From contig BCKZ01000004.1 in NCBI GenBank assembly GCA_001600815.1, forward strand, positions 1,143,566 to 1,207,565: a stretch of 64,000 nucleotides of DNA, read 5' to 3'. This document shows, piece after piece, positions 11,129 through 22,821 of the stretch (positions are counted from its first letter, which is position 1; each line of letters begins with the position of its first letter). A model generated the notes under the pieces. The model saw only the letters and a list, made by a program, of their open reading frames with translations, ran no database searches and was not told the DNA's origin. The position numbers were made by a program, and so were the translations under genes. The DNA is from Alloascoidea hylecoeti. Its lineage: Eukaryota.

Positions 11129-13076
11129 TTACATGATGATACAGCAACCACCATGCTTTCCTTCAGATGCGTGTCGCTTAGAATGTTGTTGTCGAGTACC
11201 GGAATTATCCAATGAAGATTTTCTTACGGATGGATTGTCGTTGGGTTTAGGCTGATTATGGTGGGGCAATGAATTAACTGTAGTTTCAGCTGCACTATCA
11301 TTATTTCTCAGGGCATCTGAATTGGTTTCAATATTAACAGGAGCCCGAGTACCTGGAGCAGTTTTTGAGTCAGTTATTTCCGTTGTAGAAAGGGTTTGTC
11401 CAGTTGATGGTGCCACATTTGTTGTTCCGAAAGAGTCGACGACTGGCGATAGCTCATTAACTTCAGTGATGTGACCAAAATCAGGTAATGAGAGGTCATT
11501 ATTATTACTATTTTGATCAAAATCAATTTCAGGTATTGATAAACCATTATGATGACGATTATTATTATTATTATTATTATTGATATTATCTTCAATAATT
11601 GGTACAACAGTTAATTCACCCGATTTTTCAGTTTTTAAACAAACTCCATTTTCAGCAATACTTGGATTAATTCTGAAAACTCTAATTAATCTAATCAAAT
11701 TATGAAATGATTCTTCAACATTAATTTTTCTTTTTGCAGAAGTTTCTAAAAATGGTGCATGAAATTGATTTGCTAATTTTTGACCTTCATCAATTGATAC
11801 TTGTCTTTCAGTTTCTAAATCACTTTTATTACCAATAACAATACATGGAACATAATCGACATCTTTAACTCTTAATATTTGTTGTAAATAACTTGATATT
11901 TCTTCAAATGATGATCTTGAATTGATAGAATATACTAATACAAAACCTTCGCCGGTTTTCATATATTGTTCCCTCATTGTTGAATATTCTTCTTGTCCTG
12001 CTGTATCTAGGATATCTAAAATTGCTGGTTCAGCATCAACCATACATTGTTTTCTATAAGAGTCTAAAATTTAAAGTGTATCAAAAGATCCACATTTACC
12101 AGTTAGATATTCATTTTCATTCCTCATTTCTCATAATATTAATTATAGTAACAATTTTAAAAATATATCTTTTCAATCAAGTTTAGGATTTCTACTCTCT
12201 TGGAACTGTAATCGATGAATTATTACTTACCTTCAATTGTGGGGTCATAATCCTCAACAAAATGACTCTGCACCAGCTGAATGGTAAGTGCAGATTTGCC
12301 CACACCACCTCCTCCAACGACTACAATCTTAAATTCTTTTTTCCCAAAGGTTGGTTGTGACTAAAATTAAATATTTAATTTAAATCTATAATTTGATCAA
12401 ACCCACTTGGGTCTATAAGTTCTGAATCATATAAACTACCAGAGAGGGGGGGACAGGGGATGGGAGAAGTAGCTGTATACAAGGCTCATTAACAGGGATC
12501 CAAATGTATGGTCATCAAATATTATTGTAGAGGAAGGAGGTCTGTCATATTGATGCCCTTAGCATTGTGAGTTTTGGCCTATAAGTAGGGCGTCATAATC
12601 GTAGTATATTCACATAATTAAATAAATCACAGGAAATTCATATAGTCATGCAGGTTTAAGCAGCACAAAAATTGATAAATAGTTTCTTTTATTCTGGTAT
12701 GTGTTGTGTTTGAAAGATTGTTTGCTTAACTAGTTAACAGTTTAAACATCGTTGACGTTAATTAACATCTCTAAACTTAGTTTGAACCTTGTCTCAAATT
12801 TAAAGCAACCCGCTACTCAATCAACTGAATACTCCTTCCCCCTTTAGAGAAAAGATAAAAAAACAGGTCCCAATTTGTTAAACCCTTATTTTTGTTTTCA
12901 AATATGATTCAATCCCTTATAGAAACCAAGTAGAAAAGATCAAAATATTTGATATAAATATCATACATCGTTAGTTAAAGTTGTCAGATTTAAACAAAGT
13001 TTATAAAAATATATCAAAATTAAAAGGTATTAATATTATTTGATGATCATATCAATAATTAACATACGTCTGACAT
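11129..13076 (-). CDS. RAS1: Ras GTPase; exons 13076..13068 (tentative), 12360..12231, 12063..11129
   Basis: Exon 12360..12231 encodes [19 protein letters not shown]...YDPTIE. Intron 12064..12230 (GTAAGT...ATCTAAC...TAG) joins it to [23 protein letters not shown] and the CCIIM CaaX. The likely first exon is ATGTCAGAC followed by GTATGT. Confidence 0.9.
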
Positions 13077-15782
13077 TTATTTTGTAGTAATGATATAATA
13101 TGCTATGATATTTTATAAAAAGAAAGAAGAAGAAAGTTTAAAAAGAAATTATCAATTATAAAAGAACATGCTATTCAAAATTTATAGAGATTGGGTATGT
13201 TACCCGGAATATGTACTTTTAAAAATAGACGCAACCGTCTGCATAAGGCAATGAACATTTTCCATGCATCGATGCATATGATATTTTTCTACTTTTAGAA
13301 TCAACTTTAGCAGCAAATAAAAATAAAACAAAACAACATTCAAATTGTAATTGATTATTTAGTTGAACTTCGTTAGGAATTTGAAGAACATTCTACTGAA
13401 ACTTCAACGCTCTGGACCATTCTTGCTATCCACACACATTGCTATGTCTAAACACCTTGTTAATTAAGCTAGCAAATGGAATTCAGAAGAAAAAAGTATT
13501 AAAATTAATCTATGTAAGTAATTTTAGTACTTTCAGTGCTCTGCTAGTTTAATCTATGCAATTATAATACATATTAAATCGTAAATTAGATTCTACCCCT
13601 TGCTTACAAAGATATGAGCTAATATTTAAGTCACCTGGCATTAGTGTTGCAATTGTGGGGAAGTGACGTTATTGTGTATCTAAAGGCTGTAACTGATTGG
13701 ATATTCAATTGCTATATGATAATAATCGTTATAATCGAGGTGATCGATTGAAAAATCTTCTTCATTGTCAAAATCTCAAATTTCATATGGTCATAAAAAT
13801 AGGAAATTTCGTATTCTTAGAATCAATGATGGAGGTTCGTTTGGTAGAAGTTAATCTGTAGGACATGATAATAATATGAGTAAGGTAAGTGGAAGAAAAA
13901 ATGAGATTGGGTTAAATGAGATATTTTCTTTTATTAAATATATTCAAAGAGCCCATTTCCAAAGGATAATGCAAAAGTGGACACATTAAATAATTTTAAA
14001 TCCAAATATGGTATCTTTAGGATAAAGACAGAAACCAAATCACTTAATAAGATAAATAAATTTGGAATAAGAAAGTTCAAACTTAAAAACCAGGTTATAT
14101 ACTCACATCTGAATCATATCAATGTGAGAAATTTCATTTAAATTTACTTTTTATATTTAATGAGATTTTAGTGGTTTGAAATATCGTTTTTCTAAATAAC
14201 TTTGTATAATAACTTATTCATGTCGGATAACCAAATAAAATAAATGGCTATGGAAACTAAATAATCAGATAAGATTCTGTGAGTCCCTAACGGTAAGTAA
14301 TAAAAAGAGGGAAAATCACAATTATAAAAACACAGAGCGACCAAATGTATATAATTGTATAGAACTATATGGACCAAATAGTAACCGTAGTAGTATACCT
14401 GAGAACATGCGTAGAAACTAGCACTATGCATAGTATTGTTGTAATTAATGTTAGATATTAACTATAACAGAATATAATTGACTAGAACTGATTAATAATA
14501 GTATATAAATAGTAATATGATTAAGTTATATTGATTTGTTCGATGATTATTTAATGGCTATTTCTTCTATATCTATATAACTATCGAATTCCAAATTGTA
14601 TATTAAAGTTATTTTCCAGCATATGTGAGATACTGTGTTGTGAAGGTTCGCGAGTTTAAATAAATATATTTCAAATAATGATCGTTATATGTGGAAAACA
14701 GAAACTATTATATTTAATAATAATAACTAAGCTTAAGTATAAGATTACAAGAAATAAAACTAGTTTGTTACTTTTGGGCTTTAAAAATATTCTTTTAAAT
14801 TGGTTTATATTAACATCATAACCTAATTGAATCTATTGGTCTGTTTTTCTCTTCCACCCAGGTGAATGAAATCTTTCTTTTACATTTATTAAGATCATTT
14901 CTTCAGTATTTATTCTAAACACAGTTGGATTTTTTATTTTGAACTAACTTATAACTTTGAAACAGGATATTTACTTGGACGTTGTAGCGAAACGAGGTCT
15001 CATTTAAAGAGTTTGAAGAATGAAGCAAAATTTGTTGAATTCCTATTGCCGAAAGTAAAGCATTAATTTAAAAGTTATATAGAAATTCAGTTTTGAATCA
15101 AAATCTTGATTATTGTAATTATGGTTTAAACTTTTAGTGAGGTAAATTGGTCGTTATTTATCTATGTATCTGATGTAAGGGAATTTTAACAATGATTGCT
15201 GATAATGGTATACCTTATTGGAATCAGAGTATGGAAATGAGATGATTATGTAATTTAACCTTATATATGTCTAGTTTCATTAATACTTCATTTAAATTAA
15301 CAATAAATTTATAACTTCTAGAGTCTTGCCATAACTTGCACCAATGAAAGATATCGAAGTCCTCCTTGTCACTCCAAAATACCTAATAAACGCTCCATAA
15401 AGTGAAAATGTTGATCCTTAAATTTTAACACTTCACTTTTCTTCGTTTTTTCTCATGAAGAATTCAATAACAATAATAATAATTAAACTGAACAATACAT
15501 AAATTTTTGTTATTTACTTACTTTTTTTTTTTGTAATATATTTAGTTTTCTAAATTTCAAAAATATTATTCAAACTTAAATATTTAGCAATTGTAATTGC
15601 TTCAAGTTTAAATTTTAATTTTTTATTAAAAGCTTTTTTTTTTATCTAAATTTTTTTATTTTAATTCATGATATTAAATAAACCATATCATCAATATCAT
15701 TTAATATCATACAGCTATAAATTATTTACCAAAAGAAGAAAGAAAGAAAAAAAAAGAGTATACGTAGTGGGTGAACAAGAAC

Positions 15783-15784
<2 letters not shown>

Positions 15785-15824
<40 letters not shown>
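15785..15824. repeat. (AG)20 microsatellite
   Basis: Read directly from the sequence. Confidence 0.95.
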
Positions 15825-15830
<6 letters not shown>

Positions 15831-16685
15831 AAATAAATATATTAAAACATCAAAATTAAATATCAAAAACAAAAGGGAGAAAATGATTCATCATTGTAAA
15901 TTAAGCCCTAATTCTAAATAAGAATAAAAAAAACAAATAAAGAAAAGATTAAAGTTGATGAGATTTTAATTAAATAGTTTTGAAATGTGTTAAAAAATGT
16001 TTGAAATTGATAAGTGACTTTATTTTTTCTCCGGATAAATAGATAAATTGATAGATATATTAATCTCGTTAATTAATTAAATTATATTTTGTAATAAAAA
16101 AATATTAAACCAAACTAATAATTAAAAGTGTTCAATCAAACAAACCATTGTATAGCTGTTAACCATATTTTTTCTTTAAAGAATTTCTAATTTTCTTTTT
16201 ATCTATTCCATTTGTTTTGTTTTGTTTTGTAGATAATAATAGGATAAATTAATTCCAAGTAGACAAATTATCATTTGTATTTGTTTTAAATTATAATTTA
16301 AAAAGATGATTCAAAATCCATCATTCAGTATCATCAATCATCATTCAACAGTAAGGTTTTTTATAAAAAAAAAAAAACAATATATAAAATATCACTTAAT
16401 TTTTAATATTTCAAATATCTTTTGGAAAATAGTAATATAATTGTCTGTAATTAATTATTTAATTTCCAATTCTTCTTCTTTTATATATTTGTAGAATTAT
16501 ACTTCTTTCAATTCTACAAATTTTTCAAATTTTAAATTTCAGATTTCAGATTTCAGATTTCAGATTTTCAAATTGTTAAAATAATCATATATGAACCAGC
16601 AACTGAAGAACCCAATACTTTCTTTATTATCATTATCATCAGTCATTTCCATTTCCATTTCCATTTCCATTCATTAATGATGTTA

Positions 16686-16936
16686 TTATTGTTTATTACG
16701 AGGTATTTGTTGTGAACTATTTAAAGCTTGTAAGGAATTAATTGATCTTTCAGTTTTAATTATTGCATTTGCATTTCCATTTGCATTTCCATTTGAATTT
16801 GCATTTCCATTCATATTCATATTCATATTCATATTCATATTCATATTCATTCCATTACTTGGTCTATTTATAACATTTCCATTCCCATTCAAATTCGCAC
16901 TATTATTATTTAAATTATTTCCATTCAAATTCGCAC

Positions 16937-16988
<52 letters not shown>

Positions 16989-19256
16989 TGCATTTAATTT
17001 TAATTGTTGTTGTTCTAATTTTTGTTGTTGTAATTGTAATTGTTGTTGTTTTTGAATTAATCTTTTATTTTCTCTAATTCCTTCATAAGTACCATAAGAT
17101 TTTGTAAATAACATTGAACCAAATCTAATTGATAAAGTATCTTCAGCAATTTTATTTAATCTTGAAGGATCTGAACCAATTGGCCCATATTGATTAATTG
17201 ATGATGAATCATGAATTTCTGAATCAAATTTAAAACGATCTTTTAATCTTGATGATTTAATATCATCTAAATTATCAGAATTATCATCTTGATCAGAGTG
17301 GAATGGTTGTTTTATTAAACCTTTTCTATCTAAGAAAATTCTACCACCTCTACCAATTCTTTTCCTAATACCAATATAAGAATGTCTTTGTCCATGACCC
17401 ATACCATGATAATCATAACCATTCCAATTTTTTAATTTATCATTTATATTTGAATTTGAATTTAGATTATTTATAATAATTTTATTATCAGGTAAATTTA
17501 AAGGAATTAAATTTTTTTCAAATTCTTTACCATTAATTAAATCATAATCATTTAAATAATTTGAATTTTTAATTGTTGAACAAGAAGTTGTTGCAATAGT
17601 TGAATAAGGAACATGTAAATTTTCTAAAATTTTATCATATTTTAAATATGGTTGATCAATATTAATTGTTGAAGAATAATTTAAATATGGTAATGTTATA
17701 TTATCAGTTAAATTAAACCAATCTTTATCTAAATTTTTTCGATTTAACATTTTTTCTTTAACCATATTATTAATTTTTTCTTCTTGATGTGATAAAAAAG
17801 TATCAGCTGTAGTCATTTCTAAATCAGGGATTTTTGAAGCTGGTAATCTAACATATGGTTGTACAGATAACATTGGCATTGATACTTCACCAGGTATTGA
17901 TCTATTACGAACATTAACATTAACATTAACATTTGTTCCATTAATATTTGAAATATTATTTGAAATATTATTTGATAAATTTGATAAATTTGATAAATTT
18001 GATAAATTTGATAAATTTGAAGATTGTAATTGTAATTGTAATTGTAATTGTAAATCTTTTGATAATTTTTTTTTTTTATGAGCAACTAAATCATCATCAT
18101 CACCTTTTATATTTAAATTTCTTTTTAAATTTTTAACGTTACATCTTGTATTAAAAATTTTAAATTCAATATTTAAAGCTTCTCTTCTTTGATATTCTCT
18201 TTTTGAAATTAATTCAATAATTTTTTTACACATATTTAAATCAGATTGTAATTTTCTTAATTTTTCAGAATTAATTAAATCTGTACGACGAGTTTTTCTT
18301 GTTTGTCTAAATTCTCTTCTTCTAAAACAAACATATGGATCAGAATCATCTTTTTCTAAATCTTCATATTTTAATATTGGAAATATTGATTTACCATTTC
18401 TTTTTAATTTTCTTTCTTTCCAATGTGGATAAATTTTAAAAGCAAATTTATTAAAACTTATTAATGGAGATTTTTTATCATTTTTAAAGGATTCAATTGT
18501 TTGTTTTGATAATAAAGTTTTAAAAGGAGCCAAATAATTAAAATTCATGATAAAATCAGGAGAATTTGGATCATGTAAATGACAAGATTTAAATTCTTCT
18601 TGAACAATTGTATTTATGTCTTCAAAGGATAGGATATGGGAAGGATCAACGGATAAAAAAGGTTGTTTTTCAGCAATTATTGTTTCAAATCGGTGACATA
18701 TGAATTCGAAATCATCTTCAGTACAAACTTCATTTTCATGATCATTTTCATGATCATTTTCATGATCATTTCCATGTTTTTCATTTTCAGTTTCACATTC
18801 ATTCTGTAATTGGCGATTCAATTGCCTCAAAAACACTTCATCTTCTTCGTCTAGACAGTAGGGACATCCGGAGGTGTCTTCAACGGTGGAAGAGAATTTG
18901 ATGTAGGAAGAGGGTTGTTGGAAGCCAGGAGTGTAAAACTTGGAGTATTCGTGCCAGACTTTGGAGGCATCGGGGGTAGGGATGTATACCTGTTTTTGGA
19001 GCTTGAGGCCCTGGGCGATGGCGGAATGGGCATTAATGACCTGTTGCAAGTGGATCTCAGTCTCCTCGTTCTTGTCGACGCCGGTTTCGATCTGCTGCAA
19101 CTCTCTCTGCTGTTCGCCCTCCAGATCCGGCAGGTCCTGCTGTTTGTAGATGCCCAGGGTCTGTTTGACGGAGATCTTCCGCTGCCGGAAGCGTGCATTG
19201 GCATGCCCATGGGGGACAGCGCCAGGGCCAGGAGTATGGGTGTTTGCGTTTGCCAT
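16686..19256 (-). CDS. EPL1: Enhancer of polycomb-like subunit of NuA4
   Basis: RFRQRKISVKQ, ETGVDKNEE, YIPTPDAS, DPYVCFRRRE.RQTRKTRR and RKRIGRGGRIFLDR motifs, with an N/Q-rich C-terminus. Confidence 0.95.
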
Positions 19257-19311
19257 GCAACGTCAGGCGAAAAAAGAAAAATTTTAGCGAACGGGCGGCC
19301 AGCAGGTTCGT

Positions 19312-19395
19312 GGGCGGTGGGGCGGTGGGGCGGTGGGGCGGGCGAGGGTGGCTCTGAGGGTCGGGGCTCGTGCGGGAACAGGGGCTTGGGGCGGG
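19312..19395 (+). repeat. G-rich tandem repeat (GGGCGGTG)x3.75 plus further G-runs; potential G-quadruplex
   Basis: GGGCGGTGGGGCGGTGGGGCGGTGGGGCGGGCGAGGG followed by several more G3-G4 runs, 55-140 bp upstream of the EPL1 ATG. Confidence 0.75.
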
Positions 19396-19499
19396 CACGG
19401 ACGGATAAAACGCAGACAGCCGAGGTTTCAGGCTGCGGTGGCAAATTAGTAATGTTCTTTGTTGCGCGGCCTGTTTTGTTGCGGGGACGACCGGCCACA

Positions 19500-19669
19500 C
19501 ACGTGCTGTCACGTGACGTGCACGTGCTGGTAGGCACGTGTGTGTCATGTGACGTGCATAGCATTGGCACGTGCGTAGGTCACGTGGGGAAGCGGGCGGT
19601 TACCCTGCACACGGGGTCACATGACACACACGTGCCTACCAGCACGTGCACGTCACGTGACAGCACGTG
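19500..19669. repeat. Perfect 54-bp inverted repeat (arms 19500..19553 and 19616..19669, 62-bp spacer) built from CACGTG boxes
   Basis: The left arm CACGTGCTGTCACGTGACGTGCACGTGCTGGTAGGCACGTGTGTGTCATGTGAC is the exact reverse complement of the right arm. Each arm has four CACGTG; the spacer has two more. Confidence 0.95.
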
Positions 19670-19895
19670 CACGTCATGTGACTAGCATTGACACCTGTCA
19701 CAGGAATGCCACGTGACCACCGCTGGTCACATCCGAAATGTCGCATATTTTAATAGAAATCCCCCGAACTCTAAACATCATCTAATTTACATAATAATAA
19801 TAAAATAGTTGCGGCGGAAACCAATTTGGATTATTTATTTGTTTGTGTCTGTTAACTTCTTCAGATTTTTATTTTTGCCCTCAACTCGCCAACAA

Positions 19896-22776
19896 ATGCA
19901 CCCGCAAACAACCATAGGCCCCTGGCGTCTGGGTAGGACTCTCGGACGCGGCGCTTCCGGCCGCGTGGTTCTCTCCTACAACCCTCAAACGCATTCCAAG
20001 GCTGCCATCAAAATTGTCCCTAAACAGTCCATTTCGAATTCCTCCCTGAATCAATCCGGAACAGGAACAGGAACGGCGACTGGTGTGCCGTACGGAATCG
20101 AACGTGAAATCATCATAATGAAGCTGCTGAACCATAAAAATGTCATGAAATTGTATGATGTCTGGGAAAACGACACAGATCTGTTCCTGATCATGGAGTA
20201 TATTGAAGGTGGTGAACTATTCGATTATTTGGTCTCAAAAGGCCTATTACATGAACGTGAAGCTGTTGAGTTTTTTAAACAATTAATTTCGGCTGTCAAT
20301 TATTGTCATTCTTTCAACATTTGTCATAGAGATTTAAAACCTGAGAACATTTTATTTGATAGTAATCATCAATTAAAAATTGCAGATTTTGGAATGGCTG
20401 CTCTTGAAAATAAAAATAAATTGTTGGAAACTTCATGTGGGTCCCCACATTATGCTGCTCCTGAAATTATATCTGGTTTAAATTATCATGGAAAACCAAC
20501 CGATATTTGGTCTTGCGGTGTTATATTATACGCTCTGTTATCTGGAAAATTACCATTTGATGATCAAAATATTTCAAATTTATTAAAAAAAGTACAATCT
20601 GGAAATTTTGAAATTCCTTCATTTTTTTCAATTGAAGCAAAAGACTTAATTTTAAAAATGTTACAAATTAATCCATTAAAAAGAATAAAAGTTGATGAAA
20701 TTTTAAATCATCCATTATTATTAAAATACTATCCAAATTTATCAAAAGAATATCCAATTTCTTTATATTCTCAATTAAATTTAAATGGTATATTAAATAA
20801 AAATTTAATTGATGAAAATATTTTAAATAATTTATTAACTTTATGGCATTCTGAAAATCCAACAAAAATTATTGAAAAATTAATATCAAATGATTCAAAT
20901 ACTGAAAAAACTTTTTATTTTTTATTATTAAATTATAGAAATAAATCAATTATTTCAAATAATAATGATCAAGATAATGATGATAAAGATATTACAAAAA
21001 CTAAAAAATCAATTAGTTATAATATTAAAAATTCACCAATATCAAATTCTTCATCAACAAGATCATTTTCAAAATCAATTCAAGTTCAAAAATCAAATTC
21101 AAAATCAATTGTAAAATCAAGATCAAGAGTTAAACATCCAAGAACTCCATCAACTCCAATTGCAAGAAGTAGAAAATCAAAATCAAGTCTACGAACAAGA
21201 TCTCGTTCTCGTTCCCGTACCCGTACCCGTACCCTAACACATACTCGTGGTAGATCAACATCATATAGTTCTCCACAAATACCTGTTTCTAATCATAGAA
21301 GAAGTGTTTCATTTAATCATAAATTAACTTCATTTCAACATTTACAAGCTCAACAAGCTCAACAAGCTCAACAAGCTCAACAATTGAAAAAACAAGCAAA
21401 ATTACAAATGATTAGAACAAGTACTGGTTTATTTTCATCAAATAATGATTTATTTAATACTCCAAATGGTGATTCTTATTCAATTAATAGTCATGATGAA
21501 AATGATGTAACAATTGATTCATTTTTAGATTCTGAAATTGATTTAAATCATCAAAATAATAATTCTCATAATAATAGTGACGATGAAGAAGATGATAATA
21601 ATACTTATGATTATGAATATGATACAAAATCTTTTGATTCTCCTCCAAATTTATCAAAAGATGTTTATTATGATTATGATAATTCAAGAATAAATAATCA
21701 AAATAATCAAAATAATCAAAATGTTCAAAATGTTCAAAATGTTCAAAATGTTCAAAATGTTCAAAATGTTCAAAATGTTCAAAATCAAAATAGGAATGAT
21801 AATTATATAAAGTTATCAAAATCACATTTTTCAATAATGACTCCTACATTACCATTAAATAAACTTAAATATGATAATAATCAACAAGAAGAAATTAAAA
21901 ATGAAACAATTCAAAATATTAATATTTTAAAAAATAATGATCATAAACCATATAAATGGTCATCATCATCAGATTGGCTTTCATTAGAAAAAGATACAAA
22001 AAGACAATCTGATGATTTTGCAAATTTTATTGAACATATTTTTAATTATGATGAATTAAAAAAAGAAGAAGAATTTAAAAAAAAACAAATTGAATTAGAA
22101 AATGAAAGAAAAAAATTAATTTTAGAACATTTAGAATTAGAAAAATTAAAACAACAAGCTTTAGAAAGAAGTTTTACTTTAGCTCCACCAAGGGTACCAA
22201 GGAAAGATTTTCATTTAAGAAATAGTCAAAAAATTAACAATAAAATTGAAGAGAATGATAATAGAAATGGAAAAAATATTAATGGAAGAATTGTTTCTTC
22301 ACCACCTGATTCATTAATTAATTATAAAAATGTAAATGATAAAAGAATGAATTTTTTAACAAAAAATAATAATATTAATGAAGAATCTTCATTATCACCA
22401 TCACCTTTTGCACCATTAGCACCAAGTAAATTACTTCAAACTCCTTCAATTATTGATGATCCAATTTTTCAAAAATCTGCAATTGAAATAACAAAAAGTT
22501 TTGAATTAAATCAAATAAATAATCAAAATAATAATGAATTATCAACATCTAAAAGTCTTTCACCAAATTCAAGAATTTCTTATGATAGTACAAATGATAA
22601 TAATTCAATACATACATTTAAAAATAATTTATCATTAAGATCACAATCAATATCAAGAAGTTCAAGAACTCATACAATGTCAACAACAAATTCTCATCAT
22701 TCAAATTCAAAATCTGGCCCAATTAATTTAAATATTAATGGTAATGATGGATCAATTCATAGTAATAGTAATAATG

Positions 22777-22821
<45 letters not shown>

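Noticed and set aside
18851..19685. Overlapping track ORFs of 163-256 aa across the EPL1 5' end and promoter
   Set aside because: They are by-products of the GC island (few stop codons). The repeated peptide SHDTHVPTSTCTSRDSTC on both strands merely reflects the DNA inverted repeat.
19497..19716. Point centromere or CRISPR-like array interpretation of the CACGTG cluster
   Set aside because: CDEI-like motifs are present, but there is no AT-rich CDEII or CDEIII and the region is GC-rich. There is also no direct repeat-spacer periodicity.
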